Below, one piece after another: positions 21,733-31,319 of a DNA stretch of 64,000 nucleotides. The stretch's first letter is position 1. Each line of letters opens with the position of its first letter. The stretch is taken from NCBI GenBank assembly GCA_965261005.1, contig OZ253375.1, positions 576,001 through 640,000 on the forward strand. The letters are read 5' to 3'. This DNA is from Deinococcus sp. GTDB lineage: Bacteria > Deinococcota > Deinococci > Deinococcales > Deinococcaceae. Below the pieces are notes generated by a model. It ran no database searches. It saw nothing but the letters and a program-made list of their open reading frames with translations, and was not told the DNA's origin. The position numbers and the translations under genes are program-made.

Positions 21733-22808
21733 GGCTTCTCCTCCCCGTCCCACTTCAGCGGCGCCTCCACGCCCAGCAGCACCCGGCCGGCCCCCTCGGC
21801 GAGGGCTTCGAGTTCGAGTTCGCCCGGAACCACGATCAGCGGGGCAATCCAGCCGACCTTGTCCTCGATGCGGCGCACCAGGTCGTCCCAGCGGGCGATG
21901 CCGCCGGTGATGGCCACCGCGTCGGGTCGCCCGCCCACCGTGCTGTAGGCGCCGACGGCCTTGGACACCTGATGCACGAAGGCGTCCACGATCACGCGCA
22001 CCTCCGGCTCGGTCTTTTCACGGCGCTCCAGCTCGCGCAGATCGTCGGTGCCGGTCAGGCCTTTGAAGCCGCCCTCCTGCTGAAGGCGCCGTTCCAGCTC
22101 AGCGCGTGGCGCGCCATAGGCGAGGTCGAGCACCCCGCGCAGCGGCAAGGTGCCCGCGCGCTGGGCCGAAAACGGCCCCTCGTCCAGCAGGGCGCTGGTG
22201 GTGTCTATGGCGCGTCCCCCGTCGAAGGTGGTCACGCTGACCCCGCCGCCGAGGTGGGCCACCACCACCCGCGCGTCCGCGACGCGCTTACCCACCTCGT
22301 AGGCCGCGCGCCGGGCGACCGCGCGGGCGTTGAGGGCGTGAAAGCGGCTGACGCGCGTGACGCCGGGAAAGCCCGACACCCGCGCCTCGGGCAGCAGCTC
22401 GTCCACGGTGGGCGGGTCCACGATGTAGGCGGGCACCGCATGCTGCTGGGCCAGTTCCAGCGCGAGGGCGGCGCCCAAGTTGCCGGCGTGCTCACCGTAG
22501 GGAGACGCGAGGGCGAAGCGCGCGAGGGCCGGCGTGACGGCGTAGGTGCCGGCGCCCACCGGGCCGATCAAACCGCCCCGGCCCACCACCGCGTCGGGGG
22601 CGGGCCAACCCTGGGTTTCCTGCGCGATCAGGGCGCGCAGTTCTGCCAAGCGCGCCTCCGGGCTGGCGCTCACGCTCTTGTGGGAGATTTCGCGGCGCTC
22701 CAACTCGACGCGCAGGCGGCCGGGCATGTCGGGATGTTCGCTGCCCTCGATGCGCGCGAGGGCCAGCTTGGTGCTGGTCGAGCCGGGATTGATCACGTAC
22801 GCGATCAT
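21729..22808 (-). CDS. buk: Butyrate kinase
   Basis: INPGSTSTK, GRGG, FHALN, HLGGG, EGPF, TGGIA, PGE.E. Confidence 0.94.
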   Translation of the reverse strand: MIAYVINPGSTSTKLALARIEGSEHPDMPGRLRVELERREISHKSVSASPEARLAELRALIAQETQGWPAPDAVVGRGGLIGPVGAGTYAVTPALARFALASPYGEHAGNLGAALALELAQQHAVPAYIVDPPTVDELLPEARVSGFPGVTRVSRFHALNARAVARRAAYEVGKRVADARVVVAHLGGGVSVTTFDGGRAIDTTSALLDEGPFSAQRAGTLPLRGVLDLAYGAPRAELERRLQQEGGFKGLTGTDDLRELERREKTEPEVRVIVDAFVHQVSKAVGAYSTVGGRPDAVAITGGIARWDDLVRRIEDKVGWIAPLIVVPGELELEALAEGAGRVLLGVEAPLKWDGEEKP

Positions 22809-22908
22809 GCTGGGAGCCTAGCACGCCCCCCCGGCGCCCCTAAGAAGCATGAAGCGCCTCTCACGGTGGGAGCGGCCCGCTTTCATGCGGGCGCGCTGCA
22901 ATAGGAGC

Positions 22909-24249
22909 ATGAACAGAGCACTCGGCATCACCGTCTTGCTGGTCGCGCTGGGCGCTGGCGCTTACTTCGTCAGCCGGAACGCCGACCGGATGGACAGCCA
23001 GACGCCGGGCGTGCTGGCCGATCAGGCCCAAGCGAGTCAATTGGCAACCCCGAGCGCAACGGGCGCAGCTCAGGGCGCGACAGCGCAGCAGCCCACCGTC
23101 CAACAGCCCACCGTCCAGCGGCCCATCCAGCCGCTGAACGAACAGAACGCCAAGCTGGCTTACGAAGAGAACACCATCAATATCGTGAAGCGCTACGAGC
23201 CGGGTCTCGCGTACATCGAGACCGAGGTGCGCGCCCAAGCGGACCCGTTCAATTCCTTTGGCGGAAGCAGCCCTTTTGGCGGCGGCGGGCAACAGGTGCA
23301 GCAAGGCATCGGCTCGGGCTTTTTCGTCAATCAAGCGGGCGACATTCTGACCAACTACCACGTGGTGCGCGGCGCCAACAATATTCAAGTCACGTTGATC
23401 AACAGCGACAAAAGCTATCCGGCCAGCGTGGTCGGCACCGCGCCCGCTTATGACCTCGCGCTGATCCGGCCGCGCGGCGTGCCGGCGAACTTGATCCGGC
23501 CGATTCCCCTGGGCAACAGCGACGCCCTGGAAGTCGGACAAAAGGCCGTGGCGATGGGCGCCCCCTTCGGCCTCGGCTTCAGCGTGACCGAGGGGATCGT
23601 GTCGGCCAACGACCGCTTGATTCCGGTGGGCTTCGGCACCCAGGACCAAGAGCAGCAAGGCATTCCGCAGCGCACCGTTCAAACCGACGCGGCCATCAAC
23701 CCTGGCAACTCGGGCGGGCCGCTGCTCGACTCCACCGGGCGGGTCGTCGGCATCAATACCCAGATTCTCTCGCCGGCCGTGCAGGGCGGCGACACCGGCC
23801 AAAGCGCCGGCGTGGGCTTCGCCATTCCCATCAACACCGCCAAGGGGCTGCTGCCACGCCTACAAGCGGCGAAGGGCGGCGAGGTCTCGCCACCCTTGAT
23901 CGGCATTTCGGCCGTCAGCGGCGCCGGCCTGAGCCAGTTTCCAACCCAGTTGCGCCAGCAGTACGGGCTGCCCGACAGCGGTCTTTTGGTTCAGCAGGTG
24001 CAGCCCGGCAGCCCGGCCGCCAAGGCGGGGTTGCGCGGCGCGGCGCGGCAGGTGCAAATCGGCAACGCTCAGTTGGGCCTCGGCGGCGACGTGATCACCC
24101 GGGCGGACGGGCAAAGCGTGGACGGCATCGGCGACTTGCAATCCATCCTGATCGCCAAGAACCCCGGCGACAGCGTGCAGCTCACCGTGCGGCGCGGCGG
24201 ACAGACGTTGCAAAAGACGCTGACCTTGCAGGGCGGACAGGGCAGCTGA
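22909..24249 (+). CDS. HtrA/DegP-family serine protease with a PDZ domain
   Basis: [31 protein letters not shown]-terminal PDZ ([13 protein letters not shown]). Confidence 0.95.
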   Translation: MNRALGITVLLVALGAGAYFVSRNADRMDSQTPGVLADQAQASQLATPSATGAAQGATAQQPTVQQPTVQRPIQPLNEQNAKLAYEENTINIVKRYEPGLAYIETEVRAQADPFNSFGGSSPFGGGGQQVQQGIGSGFFVNQAGDILTNYHVVRGANNIQVTLINSDKSYPASVVGTAPAYDLALIRPRGVPANLIRPIPLGNSDALEVGQKAVAMGAPFGLGFSVTEGIVSANDRLIPVGFGTQDQEQQGIPQRTVQTDAAINPGNSGGPLLDSTGRVVGINTQILSPAVQGGDTGQSAGVGFAIPINTAKGLLPRLQAAKGGEVSPPLIGISAVSGAGLSQFPTQLRQQYGLPDSGLLVQQVQPGSPAAKAGLRGAARQVQIGNAQLGLGGDVITRADGQSVDGIGDLQSILIAKNPGDSVQLTVRRGGQTLQKTLTLQGGQGS

Positions 24250-24275
24250 CGGAGAGGCGGGTTCAGGGCGCCCTA

Positions 24276-25358
24276 TTGCCTGAAGACGCGGGGGTTCTGG
24301 CCGACCTCGCCGCGTTGGCACCGGGGCGTCTCGCCTTGGTCGGCGGCGCGGTGCGCGACGCCCTGCTGGGCTTGGCCCCGGACGATCTGGACGCCGTGCT
24401 GGAGGGCGGCAGCGTGGCCGACCTCGCCGCCGCCGCCAAGCTGCCCTACAGCTACCACCCCCGCTACGACAACGCCACCTTGAGCTTGCCGGGGGGACGC
24501 AGCCTCGACCTCGTGCGGGCGCGCGGCGAAACCTACCCCGTGCCGGGCGGGGCGCCGGAGGTCTTTCCCGCCGATTTGGACACCGACTTGGCGCGCCGCG
24601 ACTTCAGCGTGAACGCCCTCGCGTGGCTGCCGGGACAGGACGAGTTGCTCGATCCACACGGCGGCCTGATTGACCTGCACGCGCGGACCCTGCGCCCGCT
24701 GCACGCCGGCTCCTTTCGGGACGACCCTTCACGCTTGGCGCGGGGCGCGCGGCTCGCGGCGCGGCTGGGCTTCGACTTGCACGGGGAGGGCTTGCTTCAA
24801 GTGCCGGACGCCCTGAGATACGCGCCCGACACGCCCCGGCTGGCCTCGGAACTGGCGCTGACCTTTCGCGAAAGGGCGCCGGGCGCCGCGCTGGGAACGT
24901 TGGCGTCTTGGGGCGCGGGCGGGCTGTTCGGGGCGGACGCGGCCGAGGTCTTGTCCCGGCTGGACGCGCTGAAAGAGGCCGGGGCTGAGGTCTCCCCCAC
25001 CTTGTACGCGGCGGCCTGGCTGGGGGTTCAGCCGGATCCGGCGGCGGCGGCGCGGCGCTTCGGCCTCGGCGACCGGGCGCTCCGGTTGCTGACCCGCGCG
25101 CAGGGCGGCGCCCAATTTCCCAACAACGCGCCGGAAACGCTGTTGCGCCTCGCGCTGGACCGGGCCGGCCCCGAGGCGCGTCTGACCGGCCGGGACGTGC
25201 TGGCCTTGGGCCTGCCGCCGGGGCAAGCGGTGGGGGCCGCGCTGGCACATCTGGCCCACCTTCGCGCTGCGGGCGCGGTGCGCACTTTAGAGGACGAGCG
25301 GCGCGCCCTTGAAGGCTTTTTGGCGGCATACTGCCCGGAGCCATGTTCGGACCCCTGA
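24276..25358 (+). CDS. Class II tRNA nucleotidyltransferase (CCA- or A-adding)
   Basis: VGGAVRD, DLD, DLARRDFSVNA, DDPSR motifs. Confidence 0.88.
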   Translation: MPEDAGVLADLAALAPGRLALVGGAVRDALLGLAPDDLDAVLEGGSVADLAAAAKLPYSYHPRYDNATLSLPGGRSLDLVRARGETYPVPGGAPEVFPADLDTDLARRDFSVNALAWLPGQDELLDPHGGLIDLHARTLRPLHAGSFRDDPSRLARGARLAARLGFDLHGEGLLQVPDALRYAPDTPRLASELALTFRERAPGAALGTLASWGAGGLFGADAAEVLSRLDALKEAGAEVSPTLYAAAWLGVQPDPAAAARRFGLGDRALRLLTRAQGGAQFPNNAPETLLRLALDRAGPEARLTGRDVLALGLPPGQAVGAALAHLAHLRAAGAVRTLEDERRALEGFLAAYCPEPCSDP

Positions 25359-25972
25359 CCCTGATTCCCCGCGACCCCCTGATCGCCTTGGTGCTGGTGG
25401 CGGTCTTTTTGTTGGGTCTGATACTGCACGGCGCGGCGCAAAGCGCTTTGGCCGCCCGTTTGGGCGACCGGACCGCCGTGCAGGCCGGCTTTGGGGGATT
25501 GGGGTTCCAGCCTCACTTCTCGGTGGTCGGCGTGCTGCTGTATCTGCTGCTGGGCCTGGGCCTCACCCGCCCGGTGCCGCTGCACCTCTCCGGGCGGCGG
25601 GCGGCGGCCGTGCTGCTGAGCGGCCCCCTGGTTTTGTGGCTGTGGGCCTTGCTCGTGATGGCCGTGCGCCAACCTCTGCAACCGCTCTTTCCCGGCGCAG
25701 ACGTGATCTTTCAGGGCCTTCAGGGCGCCGCCAAGGCCACGCTGCTGCACGCCGCCTTTTACCTGCTCCCGCTGCCGCCGCTGGACGGGGGCCGCGCCGC
25801 CGCTCTCCTCGGCGGGCGCGAGTGGCGCGGCCTGCTGGGACAGTTCGCCAGCGCGGCCCCGTGGGCGCTGTACCTGGTGTGGCTGGCGCTGTGGCTCAGC
25901 GGCGCCGTGAACGCCGTGCTGACGCCGCTGTGGACCTTGATGCAGACCATTTTGGGCTGGCTGCCGTATTGA
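25343..25972 (+). CDS. Site-2 protease (M50)-like membrane protein, degenerate active site
   Basis: LLPLPPLDGG motif present; HExxH position reads HGAAQ. Confidence 0.7.
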   Translation: MFGPLTLIPRDPLIALVLVAVFLLGLILHGAAQSALAARLGDRTAVQAGFGGLGFQPHFSVVGVLLYLLLGLGLTRPVPLHLSGRRAAAVLLSGPLVLWLWALLVMAVRQPLQPLFPGADVIFQGLQGAAKATLLHAAFYLLPLPPLDGGRAAALLGGREWRGLLGQFASAAPWALYLVWLALWLSGAVNAVLTPLWTLMQTILGWLPY

Positions 25973-25990
25973 GCCGCTGTCTCAAAGCGG

Positions 25991-27055
25991 TCAGGCCGGC
26001 GGCGTCAGCAGCCGGGGTGTGCGGCCTGTTTGGCGGGCGTACTCGGCGGCAATTCGCTCGCCGGCCGCGCGGCCCTTGCCCAGCCGCGCCAGCATGACCA
26101 CGCTGCCGCCGAAGCCGCCCCCGGTCAGACGGGCGCCGAAGATGTCGCTCTCAGCGCGCGCCAGCTCGACGATCAGGTCAATCTCGGGCACGGAGATTTG
26201 GTAATCGCCCTGCATGGAGGCGTGCGAGGCGTAGAACAGTTCGCCCAGCCGCGCCAAGTCGCCCGCTTTCAGGGCGGCCACCGCCTCCAGCACCCGCGCG
26301 TTCTCGGTGACGATGTGCCGCGCCCGGCGGTTCAGGGGTTCTGGCAGCGCCTCAACGCGCGGCAAGTCTTCTCGGCTCAAATCGCGCAAACTCGCCACGC
26401 CCAGCAGCCCGGCGGCGCGCTCGCACTCGGCGCGGCGGGTGTTGTAGTCGCCGCCGGCGTGGTTGTGCTCCACGCCCGAGTGCAGCACGACCAGCTCGAG
26501 GTTCCCCGGCAGCGCCACCCGCTCGAAACTCAGGTCGCGGCAATCGAGAAACAGCGCCTCGCCCTCCCTCGCCAGCGAGCAGGCCATCTGGTCCATGATG
26601 CCGACGTTCGCACCGACCAAGCCGTTCTCGGCGCGCTGGGCCAGGCGGGCGATCTCCACGTCGTCCAGCTTGAGGCCGTAGAGCTTGCCCAGCCCGCGCA
26701 GCAGGGCGACCAGCAGCGCCGCCGAACTGGACAAACCAGAGCCGAACGGCACGTCGGAGGCGATGCGAACCGAGAAACCGCCGAGTTCATGGCCGTCCCC
26801 CGCGAGTTCCTGGGTGACGCCCTGCACGTAGTCGAGCCAAGTCCCCAGGCGCACTTCCTCGCCCAGCTGATAGCTGGCCCGCTCGCCGAGATCGGCGGCG
26901 GTGGCATGAACCGTCTTGTCCGGCCGCCCTTCCAGCAGCACGGTCGTCTCCTGCGGAATGGCCGTGGGCAACACGAACCCCTCGTTGTAGTCGGTGTGCT
27001 CGCCGATCAGGTTGACCCGACCCGGCGCGTGGGCGCTGACCTCGGCAGGACTCAC
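25991..27055 (-). CDS. galK: Galactokinase
   Basis: APGRVNLIGEHTDYN, GSGLSSSAA, GIMDQ, GARLTGGGFGG. Confidence 0.96.
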   Translation of the reverse strand: MSPAEVSAHAPGRVNLIGEHTDYNEGFVLPTAIPQETTVLLEGRPDKTVHATAADLGERASYQLGEEVRLGTWLDYVQGVTQELAGDGHELGGFSVRIASDVPFGSGLSSSAALLVALLRGLGKLYGLKLDDVEIARLAQRAENGLVGANVGIMDQMACSLAREGEALFLDCRDLSFERVALPGNLELVVLHSGVEHNHAGGDYNTRRAECERAAGLLGVASLRDLSREDLPRVEALPEPLNRRARHIVTENARVLEAVAALKAGDLARLGELFYASHASMQGDYQISVPEIDLIVELARAESDIFGARLTGGGFGGSVVMLARLGKGRAAGERIAAEYARQTGRTPRLLTPPA

Positions 27056-28143
27056 AGTTCCAGCACCGCCGGTCGCTCGCCGTGTCCCGTGCTCACGGTC
27101 GGCCAGGCCGGGTCCAGGGTCAGCACCTCGGATACGCCCGCCGCGCCGATCAAAACCGTGTCCTCGATTTTGGCGCCGGTCACGCTGGGGTTCCAGGCCA
27201 GCGCCATGCCGGGACCGAGCACGTCGTGGGTGGCGGGCGTGGCCACCCGCTCGCGCGACAGGTAGCCGGTGGGACCACCCTGGTGGTGCTGGAGAATCTC
27301 ACCCGGCTCGCCCACCTCGGCGTAGGCGCGGCGCGCCACCTCGTAGAGGTCGTCCAGGCGCGCGCCCGGCTGGCTGGCGGCCCACAGCTTCCCCTCGACC
27401 TCGCGCACCTGAGCGTGCCGCTCGCGGTGAACATCGTCCGGCGGCCCGAAGCTCAGGAAGCGGGTCAGGTTGGCGTAGAGGCCCCCGCCGCGCGCACAAA
27501 AGACCATCGCGGCGTAGCCATTCAGTAGCTCGTCCTTCACCGTGAAGTGGCGGTACAGGCCCAGCCGCCTTCTTCCCGCCGCCAGGATCAGGGCGGGTTC
27601 CAGGCCGCGCTCGCGGAGGGCGCGTGCCCCCTCGGCGGCCAGGCGCGCCTCGGTCCAATCCGGCTCGGCCTTTTGCATGGCCGCCGTCATGGCTTCGGCG
27701 GCCGTGCGGCCCACCGCGCGGTAGCGTTCCTGCTCCGCTTCCAGCAGCGTCCAGCGCAGCAGCTCGGTTCCAGGGGGCAAGGGGTCTTCCCCCGCCTGCG
27801 GGCGGTCGCTCAGGACGTGGCCGCCGCCGATCAACTCGCGCGCCAGCTTTTCACGCGCGGCGGAATCTGCCCAAGGAGAGTCGCGCACCTCCAGGGGGCC
27901 GACGATCTCCTCGTCCCTCAGCCTCTGCGCCTCGATGTTGTCGCACAGGACGTAAGCGCCGTTCTTGGTCACGACCAGCTCGGCCACCCCGGTTTCCAAG
28001 GCCAGCAGCACGACGTTCGAGCCGCCCGCCGTGGCCCAAAAGAACCACTCGCTGCCGCGCAGCCGCAGGGCGCCCGCGCCGGTCCTCTCCAGCACCTTCA
28101 GCAGACGGCCCAGCTTGGCGGCCACCTCCGAGACGCGGTTCAA
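27052..28143 (-). CDS. M24 (Xaa-Pro peptidase/creatinase fold) family protein
   Basis: E...[35 protein letters not shown] start overlaps the galT stop and the stop overlaps the galK start. Confidence 0.8.
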   Translation of the reverse strand: MNRVSEVAAKLGRLLKVLERTGAGALRLRGSEWFFWATAGGSNVVLLALETGVAELVVTKNGAYVLCDNIEAQRLRDEEIVGPLEVRDSPWADSAAREKLARELIGGGHVLSDRPQAGEDPLPPGTELLRWTLLEAEQERYRAVGRTAAEAMTAAMQKAEPDWTEARLAAEGARALRERGLEPALILAAGRRRLGLYRHFTVKDELLNGYAAMVFCARGGGLYANLTRFLSFGPPDDVHRERHAQVREVEGKLWAASQPGARLDDLYEVARRAYAEVGEPGEILQHHQGGPTGYLSRERVATPATHDVLGPGMALAWNPSVTGAKIEDTVLIGAAGVSEVLTLDPAWPTVSTGHGERPAVLEL

Positions 28144-29303
28144 GGCTGTACCTTCAGCTCGCGCAGTTCGCGCGCCCCCACCTCGGGCAGCGCGTCGTTG
28201 GCGAACACGCCCGCCCCCTGCTCGGTGCCGGCCAGGTACTTGAGCTTGCCGGGGGCGCGCAGGGCCGGGTAAAACTCGAACCTGAGCGGCCACTCGGGAT
28301 ACGCTTCGCCGTCCGTGGGCGCCCGGTCTGTAGGGGCTTGGTGCAACGTCATCAGGTACGGCATCGGCTGGCCGAAGAGGGCGTCGTAGCGTTTGAGGAC
28401 GTCTTGCAGCAGGGCGGCCAAGGCGGCGCGTTCCCCGGCATTCAAGTCGGAGAGGTACGCGACCGGCCGTTTGGGCAACAGCCACACCTCGTAGGCGTAG
28501 CGCGCGAAGGGGGGCACCAAGCTGAGCGCGTGTTCATTTTCGGCGACGACGCGGGCGCCGCTCGCCAGCTCTTCTCGCAGCAGCGTTTGCGCGAAGTTCT
28601 CGCCGGTTCGCGCGAGGTGTTCCCGCGCCAATTCGAGCGCCCGCCCCTGCACCGGCGGCACGAAGCCGTAGGCGTAGATTTGGCCGTGCGGGTGGTGCAG
28701 CGTCACGCCGACCTCCACGCCCCGGTTCTCGAAGGGGAGGACGTAGCGAATCTCCGGGCGCGCGCCCAGCTCAGCCGTGCGGTCGGCCCACACGTCCAGC
28801 AGCAGAAGGGCGTGGTCCGGCGGCAAGGTCGCCAGGCCGCCCTGCGGGTCCTGGCTGAAGACCACGACCTCACAGCTTCCCACGCCCGGCGCGCTCAACA
28901 CGCCCGGCAGCTCCGGCGCCGGGCCGGGGTCGGGCGCCAGCGACGGGAAGCGGTTCTCGAACACGGCGATGTCGTAGCGCCCCGGCGGCAGCTCGGTGGG
29001 GGCGCCGCCGCTTTGGGTGGGCGCCAGCGGGTTGAATCCCGGCGGCGGCAGAAAGGGGCGGTTTTGGCGGTAGGCGGCGTAGATCACCCACTCGCCGCGC
29101 AGCGGGTGCCAACGCAGGTGAGGATGGGCGTCCACTGAGTCCGGCGAGGGCGAGGGGATCTCCCCCGTCACCTCGACGGGCTGCCGGCCGTACAGCCACA
29201 GCGGGCGACCGTCCGGCTTGAGGAAGTCGGCCCGGAAGAAGCGGCCTGGGTTCGGGCCACTTGGGTTCGGTGTGTCGAGCGTCTTTGCTTTCGCTTCTTT
29301 CAT
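28140..29303 (-). CDS. galT: Galactose-1-phosphate uridylyltransferase
   Basis: [34 protein letters not shown]. Confidence 0.95.
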   Translation of the reverse strand: MKEAKAKTLDTPNPSGPNPGRFFRADFLKPDGRPLWLYGRQPVEVTGEIPSPSPDSVDAHPHLRWHPLRGEWVIYAAYRQNRPFLPPPGFNPLAPTQSGGAPTELPPGRYDIAVFENRFPSLAPDPGPAPELPGVLSAPGVGSCEVVVFSQDPQGGLATLPPDHALLLLDVWADRTAELGARPEIRYVLPFENRGVEVGVTLHHPHGQIYAYGFVPPVQGRALELAREHLARTGENFAQTLLREELASGARVVAENEHALSLVPPFARYAYEVWLLPKRPVAYLSDLNAGERAALAALLQDVLKRYDALFGQPMPYLMTLHQAPTDRAPTDGEAYPEWPLRFEFYPALRAPGKLKYLAGTEQGAGVFANDALPEVGARELRELKVQP

Positions 29304-29337
29304 AGCTTTCCCTCGCCCAGCCTAACAGATCCGGCCC

Positions 29338-30327
29338 TCAAGACGACTTTCGGCCCGAGAGTTGATTTTGCAGCACCACCACGATCAGCAAAAAGGCCCC
29401 GCGAATCACCGATTGCCAGTAAGCGCTCAGGCTGATGGTGCCGCGCCCGTTCTCGAAGTTGAGCAAGTTGAAGATCAGGCCCAGCAGCAGCACGCCGACC
29501 AGGGTGGTCCACACCGACCCCAGGCCCCCCGTCAGCAGCGTGCCGCCCACAACCACGGCGGCGATGGCGGTCAGTTCCCAGCCCAGCCCCTCGGTCGGCT
29601 GCCCCGCCCCGTAGGCCGAGGCCAAGATCACGCCGGCCAGGCCCGCGAGGGCGCCCGAAAGGGTGTACACCGCCAGCTTGACCCGGTCCACCGGCAGGCC
29701 CATCAAGCGGGCGGCCTCCTCATTGCCGCCGATAGCCAGGGCGTAGCGCAGGGAGCGCGTGAAGCGCAGCGCCACCACGCCGATCAGGTACGCCGCGCCC
29801 AAAAGCAGGGCGGTGTACGGCACGCCGCCGAGGTTCCCCTGCCCAAAGGCGGTGAAGCCGTGGTCGTAGTCCACCGACACCGACTGGTTGCCGGCAAAGA
29901 GCAGCGCGAGGCCGCGCGCCGCCAGCAAGGTCGCCAGCGTGGCGATAAAGGGCAGGATGCGCAACCACACGATCAGCAGGCCGTTCAGCAGTCCGACCAG
30001 CGCCGCCGCCCCCACCGCCCCGAGCAGGGCGGGCCACAGGCCGTACTTGCTCAGCAGGGCCGCCACCACGCTCGAAAGCGCCGCGACGCTGCCGACCGAC
30101 AAATCAATGCCGCCCGTCATGATGACAAAGGTCATGCCGAGGGCGATCAAACCGAACATCGAGTTGTAGCCCAGCACGGTGAAGATGTTGTAGCTGCTCA
30201 GAAAGCCGTCGTAGCGCAGCGCGCCGAACAGGATCAGCAAGGCGAGGGCCAACAGCACGCCGTAGCGCTGCACCAAGCTGGCCAGGCGACCCCCCCGTTT
30301 GGTGTCAGGAATGGGCGCGCTGGTCAT
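29338..30327 (-). CDS. Monosaccharide ABC transporter permease (YjfF-like)
   Basis: GGIDLSVGS, AIGGNEEAARLMG, ELTAIAAVVVGGT. Confidence 0.92.
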   Translation of the reverse strand: MTSAPIPDTKRGGRLASLVQRYGVLLALALLILFGALRYDGFLSSYNIFTVLGYNSMFGLIALGMTFVIMTGGIDLSVGSVAALSSVVAALLSKYGLWPALLGAVGAAALVGLLNGLLIVWLRILPFIATLATLLAARGLALLFAGNQSVSVDYDHGFTAFGQGNLGGVPYTALLLGAAYLIGVVALRFTRSLRYALAIGGNEEAARLMGLPVDRVKLAVYTLSGALAGLAGVILASAYGAGQPTEGLGWELTAIAAVVVGGTLLTGGLGSVWTTLVGVLLLGLIFNLLNFENGRGTISLSAYWQSVIRGAFLLIVVVLQNQLSGRKSS

Positions 30328-31319
30328 GCATACCTCGGGCGGCTGACGTAGACGGCCACGATGATAATGGCGGCCTTGACGACCAGGGCGGCGGCGTCGG
30401 GCACGCCGTTCGCCAGCAGCGTGTAGCGGATCAGTTGCAAGATCAGCGCGCCCAGCAGGGTGCCCAGCACGCTGGCCCGCCCGCCCGTGAGAGGGGTGCC
30501 GCCCACCGCGACCGCCGCGATGGCGTCCAACTCCATGTTCTGGCCCACCTGGTTGGCGTCCGACGAGGAGTTGATGGCGATCACGACCAGACCGGCCAGG
30601 CCCGCCAAGAGGCCGCTGAGGCCGTAGACCGCCAGCTTGACGCCGCTGACCGGCACACCCGAGAGGCGCGCGGCTGACTCGTTGCCGCCCACCGCCAGCA
30701 CGTAGCGGCCGAACACCGTGCGCCGCAGTATCCAGGCGAACAGCGCCACCAGCAGCAGCATCACGATCACCTGAAACGGGACGCCCAGCGGCCGGCCCAG
30801 ACCGACGTACTGAAAGGCGGGATTGCGAAAGGTCTGGAGGTTGCCGTTGGTGAGCACCTGCGCGACGCCGCGCCCGGCGATGAACAGGATCAGGGTGGCG
30901 ATAAAGGGCTGAATGCGAAAGCGCGTGATCAGGGCGCCGTTGAACAGGCCGAAGGCGCCGGCCGCCAAGATGGGCAGCAGGTAAGCCAGCCCCACCCCCA
31001 GCGCGGGGCTGCCCAGGGGCGGGTTCACGAACAGCATCGGCGCCAGCGCCCCGCTGATCGCCATGAGGGCGCCCACCGAGAGGTCAATTCCCCCCGTGGC
31101 GATCACCAGCGTCATGCCCACGCCCACGATTACGACGGTGGCGACCTGGGTCAAGTTGACGTTGAGGGTCTGCGCGTTCAAGAAGTTGGGCGTGAAGAGG
31201 GCGTTGTAGAGCAAGAGGGCCAGCAGGGCGAGCAAGGGTCCCAGCAGCGAGCCGCTCCAGGAAAAGGGGCGCCGAACCGGACGGGCGGGCGACGGAACGG
31301 CCCGCTCTTGCCGGCTCAC
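30324..31319 (-). CDS. Monosaccharide ABC transporter permease (YtfT-like)
   Basis: GGIDLSVG, FGRYVLAVGGNESAARLSG, ELDAIAAVAVGGT; GTG start overlaps the ATPase stop. Confidence 0.92.
   Translation of the reverse strand: MSRQERAVPSPARPVRRPFSWSGSLLGPLLALLALLLYNALFTPNFLNAQTLNVNLTQVATVVIVGVGMTLVIATGGIDLSVGALMAISGALAPMLFVNPPLGSPALGVGLAYLLPILAAGAFGLFNGALITRFRIQPFIATLILFIAGRGVAQVLTNGNLQTFRNPAFQYVGLGRPLGVPFQVIVMLLLVALFAWILRRTVFGRYVLAVGGNESAARLSGVPVSGVKLAVYGLSGLLAGLAGLVVIAINSSSDANQVGQNMELDAIAAVAVGGTPLTGGRASVLGTLLGALILQLIRYTLLANGVPDAAALVVKAAIIIVAVYVSRPRYA

Noticed and set aside
23086..23130. QQPTV repeats in HtrA
   Set aside because: Degenerate low-complexity linker, common in this family
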